In this document: in pieces, positions 49,403 through 59,378 of the stretch | Layout of the letters: each line of letters opens with the position of its first letter | How positions within the stretch are numbered: the first letter of the stretch is position 1 | Assembly: GCA_964435165.1 (NCBI GenBank) | Contig: CAYSXY010000006.1 | Coordinates: 396-64,395 of the forward strand | Length of the DNA stretch: 64,000 bases | Origin: an uncultured Rickettsiales bacterium | GTDB lineage: Bacteria > Pseudomonadota > Alphaproteobacteria > Rickettsiales > RI-342 | Reading direction: 5' to 3' | Notes under the pieces: model-generated | Told to the model about the DNA's origin: nothing | Databases searched by the model: none | The model's input: only the letters and a program-made list of their open reading frames with translations | Position numbers and translations under genes: made by a program

Positions 49403-51132
49403 GCCTGAGGCTCCTTTGGGTTGGGGGTAATGGATAATATTTCCGCTTCAGGAAAGTAGCGGCGTATGTCTGTGATGCGTGGATGCACTTCTAGCTCAGC
49501 TTTTTTGGCATCAAATGCGGCTTCAGCCTGCTGCTCTAAGGTTGGCTGGGCGTTGGGTGCATCGGTGACAAGGCTGACCATCCAGCGTTCACCGGTCCAT
49601 GCCTGCAATGAACGGCTGATGCGCTGGGCAAACTGATCGGGCAAATGGTCTGATGCTGGTAGCAACTCCAGTGTACCGCGAGCAAAGCGCACCAATCGTA
49701 TTTGCGAGTGCAAGACACTGGCCAGTAACGGCTCCTGCTGCTGTTCAAACAGCGTGACCAGCGCCGGAAAATCCTGTGGCGAGGGGCACAAGGCCTGCGT
49801 TGGCTCGTGCGCTGGCTGTGCTGATGCTTGTTGTATTGCCTGTGCTGTCGCCGCACCGCCTGATGATGCGACCGGCGCGCTCGGAGCCGGGGCATTGAAC
49901 AAACTGGGCGTCACAGGCGCCGAAGGCGCATCGGACGGTGTCGACTGGCGCAGCACCATATCGGGTGTCGGCAGCGTCGAACTATGGGCAAGGCGGATGA
50001 ATATCATCTCCAATGCCTGCAATGCATTGGGCGCCTGCTTGAGTTCCTGCAATCCTTTGAGCATCATCTGCCAACAGCGCCCCAATACCGGGATAGACAA
50101 GTTGGCCGCCATCTCACTGCCACGCTGGCGATCCAATTCCGGCAGGCTGATATCCTCCTTCAGTTGCTCCGGCGCCTGATTCATTCGCGTCATGAACCAG
50201 GTCACATCCAGCAAATCCTGCAGCAGCAATTGCGGATCCCCGCCTTCGTGATAAATTGCACGCGCCAGATTGAGCGCCTCATTCACATTGCCGGCCATCA
50301 GATAATCAAACAGATCGAACAGACGCGATCGGTCAGCCATGCCCACCATATTCTGGACTTGCTCGGCGGTGACTTTGCCGGAGCTATGAGCGATGGCCTG
50401 ATCAAGTAGCGACAATGCATCGCGCACAGACCCTTCGGCCGCCCGTGCAACCATGGCCAGGGCTGCCGGTTCGGCATCAATGGATTCTTTCTCGCAGATC
50501 GACCCCAAATGCTGCGCCAGTTTTTCATGCTCAATACGCTTCAAATCAAAGCGCTGGCAGCGTGACAGCACTGTCACGGGAATTTTGCGAATTTCGGTGG
50601 TTGCAAAAATGAATTTTACATGCGGCGGGGGTTCTTCCAGCGTTTTGAGCAGTGCGTTGAAAGCGCTGTTCGACAACATATGCACTTCATCTATGATATA
50701 AATCTTATAGCGTGCCGAGGTCGGCTTATACGGCACATTCTCGATTAATTCGCGAATATCGTTCACGCCTGTGCGACTGGCGGCGTCCATTTCCATCACG
50801 TCGATATGACGGTCTTCCGCAATGGATACGCAATGTTCGCATTCACCGCAGGGAGCCGTTGTTGGGCCACCAGACCCATCCGGGCCAATGCAATTCAGCG
50901 CCCGGGCGATAATACGCGCCGTCGTGGTTTTGCCGATGCCGCGGATGCCAGTGAGCAAAAACGCATGGGCAATGCGATCGAGCGTGATGGCATTGGACAG
51001 TGTTTGCACCAGCACGTCCTGCCCCACCAGTTCATCGAAATTAACCGGGCGGTATTTACGCGCCAGAACGCGATATGGCTGAGTTGTGTCGCTCACGCGT
51101 GATCCTGCGTTTTGGATGATGACGGAAGGCAA
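49399..51132 (-). CDS. dnaX: DNA polymerase III subunit gamma/tau
   Basis: Walker A GIRGIGKTTTARI, zinc module CGECEHC, IIDEVHML, SRCQRF sensor motif. Confidence 0.92.
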   Translation of the reverse strand: MPSVIIQNAGSRVSDTTQPYRVLARKYRPVNFDELVGQDVLVQTLSNAITLDRIAHAFLLTGIRGIGKTTTARIIARALNCIGPDGSGGPTTAPCGECEHCVSIAEDRHIDVMEMDAASRTGVNDIRELIENVPYKPTSARYKIYIIDEVHMLSNSAFNALLKTLEEPPPHVKFIFATTEIRKIPVTVLSRCQRFDLKRIEHEKLAQHLGSICEKESIDAEPAALAMVARAAEGSVRDALSLLDQAIAHSSGKVTAEQVQNMVGMADRSRLFDLFDYLMAGNVNEALNLARAIYHEGGDPQLLLQDLLDVTWFMTRMNQAPEQLKEDISLPELDRQRGSEMAANLSIPVLGRCWQMMLKGLQELKQAPNALQALEMIFIRLAHSSTLPTPDMVLRQSTPSDAPSAPVTPSLFNAPAPSAPVASSGGAATAQAIQQASAQPAHEPTQALCPSPQDFPALVTLFEQQQEPLLASVLHSQIRLVRFARGTLELLPASDHLPDQFAQRISRSLQAWTGERWMVSLVTDAPNAQPTLEQQAEAAFDAKKAELEVHPRITDIRRYFPEAEILSITPNPKEPQA

Positions 51133-51251
51133 TCGCCATAAGCCGACGACCGTACTACTTGTCTACATGAGATAACAGTTAACGAACTATAGAGAGCAGC
51201 GCAACCCCTGAGGCACATTGCCTTCTTATTATCGTTATACGTCAACAGGGG

Positions 51252-52778
51252 CTAGTTGGCCTGACGACGAAGAAACGCCGGTATGTCGAGATAATCATTG
51301 GCGTCTTCGTCGCTTTTTTGTGCCATTGGCGCGGATTCAACCGTTGGCTTATCATCATTACCGCGACGGCGCATTTGCTGCTCTGCTTCCTGATCGTCAA
51401 TACGCATGGAAAATGCCTTGCCAACACGCTGCCAAAGATTACCGCTCTGCGCATCATCCATTCTCGGCTCAGAGGCGGCAGAATCGTCCGCCCGCTGCTG
51501 ATAAGACGCGCTGCGCAGTGATGGGCTTGGTTTGTCCTGAGGCCGGTTTGGCTCTACCGGCTTCGGCGGAATAAAGCCGGTCACCTTAGAGGCGGCGGCA
51601 TCATCCTTTTTTTTTGAGGGTTCGGGCGCTACCTCTGAGACTGTCTCGATCTCAGCCTCTAATTGCTCCGGCTGTTCATTGGCCGGCTTATCCATGCCTG
51701 ACATGGCAAAAGCCCCTGAACGCACACCCACCGCCACTTTAGCACGGCCAGCAACTGTCTGACGTGGCTCCGACTTATACTGATTGGCGGGGTGCGGCTG
51801 CATCATCTGCTCACTATCAACTCCCGTCGCCACGACAGAGACCCGAATACGCCCATCCAGTTGATCATTAAAAATGGCTCCGAAGATGATATTCGCCTCC
51901 GGATCCACTTCTTCACGAATGCGATTGGCCGCTTCATCCACCTCAAACAAGGTCAGGTCGGAGCCGCCGGTAATGTTAATGAGAACGCCACGCGCGCCTT
52001 TCATCGAGACATCATCCAGCAGAGGGTTGGAAATGGCGGCTTCGGCTGCCTCCACTGCGCGGCGCTCACCTTCGGCCTCGCCGGTGCCCATCATTGCCTT
52101 GCCCATCTCGCGCATCACTGCCCGAATATCGGCAAAATCAAGATTAATCAGTCCCGGCATAACCATCAGGTCCGTGACGCCACGCACCCCGGAATGCAGC
52201 ACCTCATCGGCCAAGGAAAAAGCATCGGCAAAAGTGGTTTTTTCATTGGCAATGCGGAACAGATTCTGATTAGGGATCACAATCAGCGTATCGACATATT
52301 TCTGTAACTCTTTGAGCCCTTCTTCAGCGGTGCGCATTCGATGCGTCCCTTCAAAATGGAACGGCTTGGTCACCACTGCCACGGTCAGGATGTTCATATC
52401 ACGCGCCAGACGCGCCACGACCGGCGCGGCGCCTGTGCCGGTCCCGCCACCCATGCCAGCCGTAATAAACAGCATATTGCTGCCATGAATATGGCTTTCA
52501 ATCTCTTCTAATGCCTCTTCTGCGGCTTCCGCGCCGACTTCCGGCATTGCCCCCGCGCCAAGCCCCTGGGTGACGCCAACACCAAGCTGAATACGGCGGT
52601 CTGTCAATGCATGCTCAATGGCCTGAGCATCGGTATTCGCAACAACAAAATTCACCCCTTCCAAATTTGCCTTGATCATATTGTTCACCGCATTACCTCC
52701 GGCGCCACCCACACCCACAACAGTAATATTCGGGCGTAGCGGTTCTCCTTTTGGCGGAACATGGAGATTGATGGTCAT
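51252..52778 (-). CDS. ftsZ: Cell division protein FtsZ
   Basis: Motifs [25 protein letters not shown]-terminal [12 protein letters not shown] peptide. ATG 52778 is preceded by AAGGAG; track start 52817 adds 13 aa. Confidence 0.95.
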   Translation of the reverse strand: MTINLHVPPKGEPLRPNITVVGVGGAGGNAVNNMIKANLEGVNFVVANTDAQAIEHALTDRRIQLGVGVTQGLGAGAMPEVGAEAAEEALEEIESHIHGSNMLFITAGMGGGTGTGAAPVVARLARDMNILTVAVVTKPFHFEGTHRMRTAEEGLKELQKYVDTLIVIPNQNLFRIANEKTTFADAFSLADEVLHSGVRGVTDLMVMPGLINLDFADIRAVMREMGKAMMGTGEAEGERRAVEAAEAAISNPLLDDVSMKGARGVLINITGGSDLTLFEVDEAANRIREEVDPEANIIFGAIFNDQLDGRIRVSVVATGVDSEQMMQPHPANQYKSEPRQTVAGRAKVAVGVRSGAFAMSGMDKPANEQPEQLEAEIETVSEVAPEPSKKKDDAAASKVTGFIPPKPVEPNRPQDKPSPSLRSASYQQRADDSAASEPRMDDAQSGNLWQRVGKAFSMRIDDQEAEQQMRRRGNDDKPTVESAPMAQKSDEDANDYLDIPAFLRRQAN

Positions 52779-52884
52779 CGGGCTTCTCCTTCTGGCAAGC
52801 GGTCTGCGGCGTGTCATGCCATTTGCACGCTATAACGCCAACGCACCGGCAAAAAACACGACATCTGGTAGAATATCGAAATGA

Positions 52885-52913
52885 TTAATACAATATTTAG
52901 GAATAATCTGCAA
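52885..52913 (-). promoter_or_regulatory. Candidate ftsZ promoter (minus strand) with overlapping partial CtrA-like site
   Basis: On the minus strand: TTGCAG (52908-52913), 17-nt spacer, TATTAA (52885-52890). On the plus strand: TTAA-N7-TTTAG (52885-52900), 7/9 to the CtrA box. Confidence 0.3.
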
Positions 52914-52962
52914 GAGATTTGCGTTTGCACCAAGCAGGCATCCGCTTCAATGGCAGCTCACC

Positions 52963-54216
52963 TTACATATGCTCCTTGACCCATTGTATGGCGCGATCAA
53001 ACCGCCAGCGCCCCTGCTCGGATCCGGCTATTTTCATTTGGCGATTCGCATGCATTTTACGGGCAGCATACTCCACCAGGCCAATACTGGTGGCGAAGGA
53101 AGAGCCGCTAATGGTTTCCGCCATCCCATCAAACTGTTTGGGCTTTCCTAACCGCACCTGCTTGCGAAACATTTGTGCTGCCAAGTCTGCAACACCGATC
53201 AACTGGCTGCTTCCTCCCGTCAGCACCATGCGCCTACCCGCCACTTTATCAAAGCCGACCGCTTCGAGCTGGCCGCGGACAATTTCAAACAGCTCTTCCA
53301 TTCGCGGGCGGATGATGCTGCATAGCATTGAACGAGACACGCTGGCATGATCCCATTGCCCGGCATCGCCATTATTGGTTCCTACGGAAATGATATCATC
53401 TGCATTCGACACGGAAGTGTATGTCGCCCCATAGAGCGCCTTCAATCTCTCTGCCGTCTCCAGCGAGACTGACAGGCCACGCGCGATATCATTACTGACA
53501 TGCTGGCCGCCCAGTGGCACGATATCGGTGAATACCGGCTGCCCTTCAACGAACACCGCCACCGATGTGGTGCCGCCGCCAATATCAAGCAACGTCACCC
53601 CTAATTCCATTTCATCCTCTGTCAGGCATGCCAGCCCGGAGGCATACGCTGAGACCAGAAATTCGCTAATATCGAGCTGAGCACGCGCCACGCATTTGGT
53701 GAGATTGCGCATACTCATGGTGGAGGCGGTAATCACATGCAACTCGGCACCCATTTTTTTCCCATACATCCCTTCCGGGTTGCGAACCCCGCGCACCTCA
53801 TCAATGGTGAAGGAGATAGGAATGCAATGAATCACACTTGTTTCATCATTATGCAAGCTTTCCCGCCCATGGCGAATCAGGCGAGCAATATCCTGACGCG
53901 AGACCGGATGTTGCTGCAGCGCCATATCGGTACGCACCGTATGGGAGACTAATTGGCCTCCCGAAAGATTGACAACCACATGATCAATCCGTTCTCCCGC
54001 CATTTTTTCTGCCAGATCAACCGCCGCCGCAATCGATGCCTCGGCAGCCTGGATGTCTGTGACGACACCGGAACGAAGCCCCGTCGAGAGATGATGGCCA
54101 ATCCCTTCAATACGGACATGCCCGGTTGCATCCACGGACGCAATCAGGCACACGACTTTTGTCGTCCCCAAATCAAGTACCGCTATTAACTCTTTGCGCG
54201 TTTTGGACATGACCAT
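52963..54216 (-). CDS. ftsA: Cell division protein FtsA
   Basis: Actin-fold motifs VLDLGTTKVVCLIA and LLDIGGGTT. Start is ATG 54216 or 54210 rather than track start 54309. Confidence 0.92.
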   Translation of the reverse strand: MVMSKTRKELIAVLDLGTTKVVCLIASVDATGHVRIEGIGHHLSTGLRSGVVTDIQAAEASIAAAVDLAEKMAGERIDHVVVNLSGGQLVSHTVRTDMALQQHPVSRQDIARLIRHGRESLHNDETSVIHCIPISFTIDEVRGVRNPEGMYGKKMGAELHVITASTMSMRNLTKCVARAQLDISEFLVSAYASGLACLTEDEMELGVTLLDIGGGTTSVAVFVEGQPVFTDIVPLGGQHVSNDIARGLSVSLETAERLKALYGATYTSVSNADDIISVGTNNGDAGQWDHASVSRSMLCSIIRPRMEELFEIVRGQLEAVGFDKVAGRRMVLTGGSSQLIGVADLAAQMFRKQVRLGKPKQFDGMAETISGSSFATSIGLVEYAARKMHANRQMKIAGSEQGRWRFDRAIQWVKEHM

Positions 54217-54363
54217 CCGGTTAGCTCTTATCGTCAGTTGCGTCGCACAGGCGACGGCCCGCAGTCGCGGGTTGATAGCCGATTGGTTGTTGTATCGCCA
54301 TAGACGCAATCGGCCATATCTACCATCAACTTACTGGGGCCGGGCATTCCCGGCAACCAGATA

Positions 54364-55248
54364 TTATATCGCATGATTGCCTGCGCCAGCTGCGCGCGAT
54401 CCATCCGATACATGCGGCAGAATATATACACGCCCTGACTGCCGCATATCAATACGGGCATTCGCGTATTTCAACAGCCTGATATTTTGTTGTACCGTGA
54501 TTAACTGCCGCCAGGCCTCGCCCATCTGTTTTTCGGGCAACAACAGCTCAGAGCCATTATAAAAACGGATATTCCAGCGACGCCCCCCCACCCGGATGGC
54601 AGCCGAGACCTGAGCAAACATCTCCGGGGTATCCGCCAGCATATCCAGCAAGGCATAGGTATGTTCCGGCGCATCTTCCCCAACCACCACCGGCAGGTGC
54701 GTATAGCGGGTGATGTCACCGGAATGGAGTATTTCGCCATCCTGATCAATCAAATGCAAGGTGCCCTGGCGTTGCCACAAAGCAAGCGGCTGCCGCTCCA
54801 CGATGCGCACATGCAAACTGTCCGGCAACATACGCTGCAATTCAGCATGGCGTACCCAGGAGTGAATCTCCAGGCGCTCACGCATGGTCTCGAGCGGCAA
54901 TGACAGTATCGGAGCCTCCGGCTCGATATCCAATGCCAGCATAGCCGTTTCCAATGGCAGGCGATCCCTGCCTTCCAGATAGACATGCTGCACGGTCAGG
55001 CCCAGCATTGAGGCAAATTGCTGCCGCGTATCCTCATAGGCGCGCTCTGTCTGATCCATCCAGGCATCAATACGCCCGGTACGCTCCGCCCACCATCCCG
55101 TTGCGATCAGTGTCAGCATCATGGCCGCCACACCGCGCCACATGCACCAACGCATGATATGACGTAACCGAACAAACAGTGCCCGCCGCTGCGATAGTTT
55201 TGCCGCCCGTTGATGGCAGCGTGCCGTTGCAGTGGAATTAACCGCCAT
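54364..55248 (-). CDS. ftsQ: Cell division protein FtsQ
   Basis: Basic N-terminus, one TM (GVAAMMLTLIATGWW), POTRA region (VQHVYLEGRDRLP...). ATG 55248 overlaps the ddl stop by 11 nt. Confidence 0.8.
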   Translation of the reverse strand: MAVNSTATARCHQRAAKLSQRRALFVRLRHIMRWCMWRGVAAMMLTLIATGWWAERTGRIDAWMDQTERAYEDTRQQFASMLGLTVQHVYLEGRDRLPLETAMLALDIEPEAPILSLPLETMRERLEIHSWVRHAELQRMLPDSLHVRIVERQPLALWQRQGTLHLIDQDGEILHSGDITRYTHLPVVVGEDAPEHTYALLDMLADTPEMFAQVSAAIRVGGRRWNIRFYNGSELLLPEKQMGEAWRQLITVQQNIRLLKYANARIDMRQSGRVYILPHVSDGSRAAGAGNHAI

Positions 55249-56143
55249 GACGCGCCTCCTGCACCAACCGTTCCACCAGTTCGCTAAACGAAATACCGGC
55301 ATGAGCTGCGATTTCAGGTGCCAGGGATAAAGCAGTCATGCCAGGTTGGGTGTTCAGTTCTAATATATAGAACGCTTTCTCGCCATCACCAGTATCATTG
55401 TAGCGAAAATCCGAACGGGTAATACCACGGCAACCTAATACACGGTGCGCTCTTTCAGCATAATCAAGTACCTCTTCATAGGCATCCGCGTCCAACGGCG
55501 CTGGCATCATATGCTCTGCCAGTCCGGCGGTATATTTTGCTGAATAATCATAAAAGCCACTGCGTGGGCGTATTTCAATCGCTCCGAGCGCCTTGCCGTC
55601 CAAGACAGCCACCTGTATCTCGCGGCCCGGAATATACCGTTCCACCAGCACTTCATCACCAAAGGGCCAATCATCTTCTGCAAATGAGCATGTATCTCCT
55701 TCTCCCACGATGGTAACACCAACACTGGAACCCTCGTTGAGTGGCTTGATGACATAGGGTCGCGACATGGGCTCCTCAGCCATCATTGCCTCTTTACTGA
55801 CGATCATCCCTTCCGCACACGGAATGCCTGCCGCTTCGAAATGCACTTTAGACATGGGTTTATCCATCGCCAGACTCGAGGCCAGCACGCCGGAATGCGT
55901 ATAGGGTAGTTTAAGAATTTCCAGCAAGCCCTGTACTGTTCCGTCTTCACCATAGCGCCCATGTAGTGCATTAAACACAACATCCGGCACGGCTTGCTTG
56001 AGTTGCCGCGCCAGATCAGGCGTCGCATCAATCGTTGTCACAGCATGCCCATTCGCTAGCAACGCTTCTGCCACCGCTTTGCCGGAGCTAAGCGACACTT
56101 CGCGCTCCGCCGACCAACCGCCCATGATCACCGCAATATGCAC
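55238..56143 (-). CDS. ddl: D-alanine--D-alanine ligase
   Basis: GGWSAEREVSLSSG, ATP-grasp core, LELNTQPGMT. Track start 56218 is TTG. GTG 56143 gives (M)HIAVIMGG, matching the family N-terminus (E. coli MTDKIAVLLGG). Confidence 0.9.
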   Translation of the reverse strand: MHIAVIMGGWSAEREVSLSSGKAVAEALLANGHAVTTIDATPDLARQLKQAVPDVVFNALHGRYGEDGTVQGLLEILKLPYTHSGVLASSLAMDKPMSKVHFEAAGIPCAEGMIVSKEAMMAEEPMSRPYVIKPLNEGSSVGVTIVGEGDTCSFAEDDWPFGDEVLVERYIPGREIQVAVLDGKALGAIEIRPRSGFYDYSAKYTAGLAEHMMPAPLDADAYEEVLDYAERAHRVLGCRGITRSDFRYNDTGDGEKAFYILELNTQPGMTALSLAPEIAAHAGISFSELVERLVQEARHGG

Positions 56144-56294
56144 CGGCCACCTACCCTCACACCAATAATCTAACAGATAACAGAACCACCCTAACCATCT
56201 TCCGGATGTATCAGGCAAGCGTTAATGGATGGTTCACATTCATTCGATTGTGACCGTGAATCATCGATTCTTGCATGATATCCACATTTTCATG

Positions 56295-56310
56295 TTAATT
56301 TTTTATTAAC
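56295..56310. promoter_or_regulatory. Perfect CtrA box TTAA-N7-TTAAC
   Basis: TTAAttttttaTTAAC, hand counted. It lies in the 214-bp gap between ddl (minus) and the membrane ORFan (plus), 48 nt upstream of ATG 56358. About 0.5 chance hits are expected in a window this size, so the match is suggestive only. Confidence 0.35.
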
Positions 56311-56357
56311 CAATTGCGCAATGGCTTACATACTCTATGATGCAGTAACTTATTTAG

Positions 56358-56825
56358 ATGAAAGGAATAGCGGCATCGATGCCGCACCACGTAAAGATGA
56401 TGACTCTAATGCGCCGATTAAACAATAATCGTACTATTGGAAAGGGCTTACTATTCCTGTGCCTTATCGCCATCATGGTTGGTGTAGCCAGAATGATACT
56501 GACGGATCATGCGCTCATGCAGCTTGGGATATTACTGATCGTGATCGCGATGATCGCGTTGCTTACCTGCATGATTTATCTGATACTTAAAGACATACAT
56601 GACATGGATTTCCTACCGGATGACTACCGGCATTTAGGCATGAAGACATTGCTCTCACTTATTTATGTCATTATGTGGTTCACTGTTTCGACCGCTATGT
56701 GGTTTGTCTTCAGCCTGCCGATGGGCCTTGCTACCTTTGGCTTATATTTTGCCGGTATGCTGATGATGCTGTTTTGGCTGCGTGTTGACGAAACGCAGTC
56801 TGCGATTACCGAAGAAAAATTATGA
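56358..56825 (+). CDS. Hypothetical 4-TM membrane protein, 155 aa (ORFan-like), reverse-oriented inside the dcw cluster
   Basis: Four hydrophobic helices (LLFLCLIAIMVGVA, LGILLIVIAMIALLTCMIYLIL, LLSLIYVIMWFTVSTAMWFVF, LATFGLYFAGMLMMLFWL). No motif recognised. Confidence 0.55.
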   Translation: MKGIAASMPHHVKMMTLMRRLNNNRTIGKGLLFLCLIAIMVGVARMILTDHALMQLGILLIVIAMIALLTCMIYLILKDIHDMDFLPDDYRHLGMKTLLSLIYVIMWFTVSTAMWFVFSLPMGLATFGLYFAGMLMMLFWLRVDETQSAITEEKL

Positions 56826-56850
56826 GGCTAACCTGATACGCCTGAGGATG

Positions 56851-57786
56851 CTAACATTCTGACACTGGTGAACCAATTCGCCGAATTTCCCACTGCAGTT
56901 CGATGCCGCTTTGCGCTTTCACCCTCTGGCGTACCTCTTCGCCGAGTGCCTCTAAATCAGCTGCTGTCGCTGTTCCCGTATTAATCATAAAATTGCAGTG
57001 CTTTTCGGATATTTGCGCGCCCCCTTTTTGAAGGCCACGGCAACCCGCCTCATCAATTAACTGCCATGCCTTGTGACCGGGCGGGTTTTTGAAGGTAGAG
57101 CCCCCGGTACGAGTGCGCAGCGGCTGGCTTTCTTCACGTGAACGGGCAATCTCCTTCATCTGCTGGGCAATGTCGTCTTTATCGCCTGCCGTCACCGCAA
57201 ATTCCGCCGCCACCACAAGACTATGCTCCGGCAGCTGGCAGCGTCGATAGGCCATTGGGATATCAGTCGCCAGTACCCTTTGACTGCTACCATCACGCGT
57301 TACGATGGTTACCGATTGCAGCACATCACGGACTTCTCTCCCATATGCTCCGGCATTCATCGCTACTGCCCCGCCAACCGTGCCGGGAATGCCGCTTAAA
57401 AATGACAGACCATCCCAGCCTCGCTGCTGGCACCAATGCGCCAGATTACGGCCAAGTGCCCCCGCACCGGAGCGAATGATCGCCCGCCCTGACTCAAATG
57501 ACACTTCTTCCATCATCGTGAAATGACGACCCAGCCGAATCACCACGCCTGGCACTCCACCGTCACGCACCAGCAGATTCGAGCCTACGCCAATGACCGT
57601 CACCGGCGTTGCTGCATCTAATTGCGCAAGGAATGCGGCCAGATCATGTTCATCTTTCGGTTTGAACAGCCATTGTGCAGGCCCTCCGACCTGAAACCAG
57701 GTGTTTTGCGCTAGTGGCGCCTGCGCCCTGAGCGAACCGCGCACCTGCCATGGCGGCGTGGGCTGGGTTAACAGCTTGGCTGACAT
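56851..57786 (-). CDS. murB: UDP-N-acetylenolpyruvoylglucosamine reductase
   Basis: FAD-binding region (FQVGGPAQWLF, VIGVGSNLLV), GGSTFKNP. ATG 57786 overlaps the murC stop region; track start 57906 lies inside murC. Confidence 0.9.
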   Translation of the reverse strand: MSAKLLTQPTPPWQVRGSLRAQAPLAQNTWFQVGGPAQWLFKPKDEHDLAAFLAQLDAATPVTVIGVGSNLLVRDGGVPGVVIRLGRHFTMMEEVSFESGRAIIRSGAGALGRNLAHWCQQRGWDGLSFLSGIPGTVGGAVAMNAGAYGREVRDVLQSVTIVTRDGSSQRVLATDIPMAYRRCQLPEHSLVVAAEFAVTAGDKDDIAQQMKEIARSREESQPLRTRTGGSTFKNPPGHKAWQLIDEAGCRGLQKGGAQISEKHCNFMINTGTATAADLEALGEEVRQRVKAQSGIELQWEIRRIGSPVSEC

Positions 57787-57796
57787 CGCGTTGCTA

Positions 57797-59254
57797 TCAG
57801 GCGCGTTTGGCGGCATGCCTGGTTTGTATGGCCTCGAGTTCCTGCGGCAATTGTTGCGCCCATTGCGTGATATTGCCCGCGCCCAAACAGACCACCATAT
57901 CGCCATCGGAGGTGAGTGATTCCACCTGCTGAGCCAGCGTCTCGCGCGATGCTAACAAATGGGCAGATTTATGCCCCACCTTAGCCAGACCTTCCACTAA
58001 TGCTTCTTTGGTCACACCCTCAATCGGGTCTTCACCGGCGGCATAGATGTCTGCGACCAACACGTGATCCGCATCATTGAAACAACGGCAGAAATCGTCA
58101 AATAAGTCACGCAGCCGTGTGTAGCGGTGAGGCTGAACCACGGCAAGCAACTGCCCGTTGCCCTGCGCCGTGAGCGAGTCTCGTGCTGCTTTGAGCGTTG
58201 CGGCAATTTCAACCGGATGGTGGCCGTAATCATCGATGATAGTCACACCTCCCGCCTGCCCGGTGCGGGTGAAGCGACGCTTGACGCCTTTAAAGCCAAG
58301 CATGGCTTCTTTCATCACCGTATCATCCATGCCCAGTTCGTTAGCCACTCCCATCACGGCCAGCGCATTACGCACATTGTGCAGGCCCGGTATCGGCAGG
58401 CGCAATCCTTCTACGGTGCGAGGACTGCGCTCACCGGTATTGATTTCCACATCAAACAAAGAGCCATGCAAATCGCTGCGCACATTGACCGCCCGTATAT
58501 CCGCTTGCGGACTCGTGCCGTAGGTCACAATACGCCGGTCGGAAATGCGGGGAATGATGCTCTGCACCTCCTGATGATCAATACACAGCACGGCAAAGCC
58601 ATAAAAAGGAAGATGCTGAAGGAAGTCGACAAAGGCCTCTTTCAGATTGGCGAAGCTACCCCAATGATCCAAATGCTCCGGGTCGATATTGGTCACGACA
58701 GCGACCGACGCCGGAATACGAATAAAGGTACCGTCCGATTCATCGGCCTCAACAATCATCCAGTCGCCACTACCGAGATACGCGTTGGTACCGTAAGCAT
58801 TGAGCACGCCGCCATTAATCACGGTCGGATCCAGTCCGGCTTTGTCAAACAGGGCGGCCATGAGTGAGGTCGTGGTGGTTTTTCCGTGGGTGCCGCCAAC
58901 CGCCAGCGCAATCTTCAGGCGCATTAATTCCCGCAACATTTCCGAGCGGCGAATGACCGGAACACCCAGGCGGCGCGCTTCCATAATTTCCGGATTGTCC
59001 ATCTGTACTGCCGTCGATTTGACAACGGCTGCGCATTCACGCACATGCTCCGGCTTATGACCGATCATCACCGGGATACCGAGCTTTTTCAACCGATCAA
59101 TATTGGCATTATCTGCCTGGTCTGACCCTTGCACCTGATAGCCCATATTATGCAGCACCTCAGCAATACCGCTCATGCCAATGCCACCAATACCGACAAA
59201 ATGCAGAATACCGATATCAAGCGGCAGGGTTGGGGCTATATGAAATGCTTTCAT
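57797..59254 (-). CDS. murC: UDP-N-acetylmuramate--L-alanine ligase
   Basis: Motifs [33 protein letters not shown] 59254 (MKAFHIAP...) is preferred over 59326. Confidence 0.92.
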   Translation of the reverse strand: MKAFHIAPTLPLDIGILHFVGIGGIGMSGIAEVLHNMGYQVQGSDQADNANIDRLKKLGIPVMIGHKPEHVRECAAVVKSTAVQMDNPEIMEARRLGVPVIRRSEMLRELMRLKIALAVGGTHGKTTTTSLMAALFDKAGLDPTVINGGVLNAYGTNAYLGSGDWMIVEADESDGTFIRIPASVAVVTNIDPEHLDHWGSFANLKEAFVDFLQHLPFYGFAVLCIDHQEVQSIIPRISDRRIVTYGTSPQADIRAVNVRSDLHGSLFDVEINTGERSPRTVEGLRLPIPGLHNVRNALAVMGVANELGMDDTVMKEAMLGFKGVKRRFTRTGQAGGVTIIDDYGHHPVEIAATLKAARDSLTAQGNGQLLAVVQPHRYTRLRDLFDDFCRCFNDADHVLVADIYAAGEDPIEGVTKEALVEGLAKVGHKSAHLLASRETLAQQVESLTSDGDMVVCLGAGNITQWAQQLPQELEAIQTRHAAKRA

Positions 59255-59378
59255 CGCAATATGAGCTCTTTTTATATAATGGAATAGCGTCCGACCATAC
59301 ACAGACGCTATCGGATATGCCAGCATGCATTTCTCACTAGACTATGTCGTCACGAGGTAGAGAATATGACAGCACTAT

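Noticed and set aside
49501-49506. A6 run (GCC AAA AAA GCT) in dnaX as a gamma/tau frameshift site.
   Set aside because: It lies ~30 codons from the C-terminus, so it could not produce a gamma-like truncation. The run is only six A preceded by C, and it sits in a different frame position from the E. coli A AAA AAG heptamer.
51205-51251. Stem cccctg…cagggg and inner aggca-cat-tgcct hairpin after ftsZ, as a terminator.
   Set aside because: The outer stem encloses a 35-nt loop. The inner hairpin has its T-tract on the plus strand, which is the wrong orientation for the minus-strand ftsZ. It is too weak to call.
56278-56286. DnaA-box-like ATATCCACA in the murB-ddl gap (possible origin).
   Set aside because: It is a single 8/9 box with no cluster of boxes, no AT-rich unwinding repeats, and no dnaA/hemE context.
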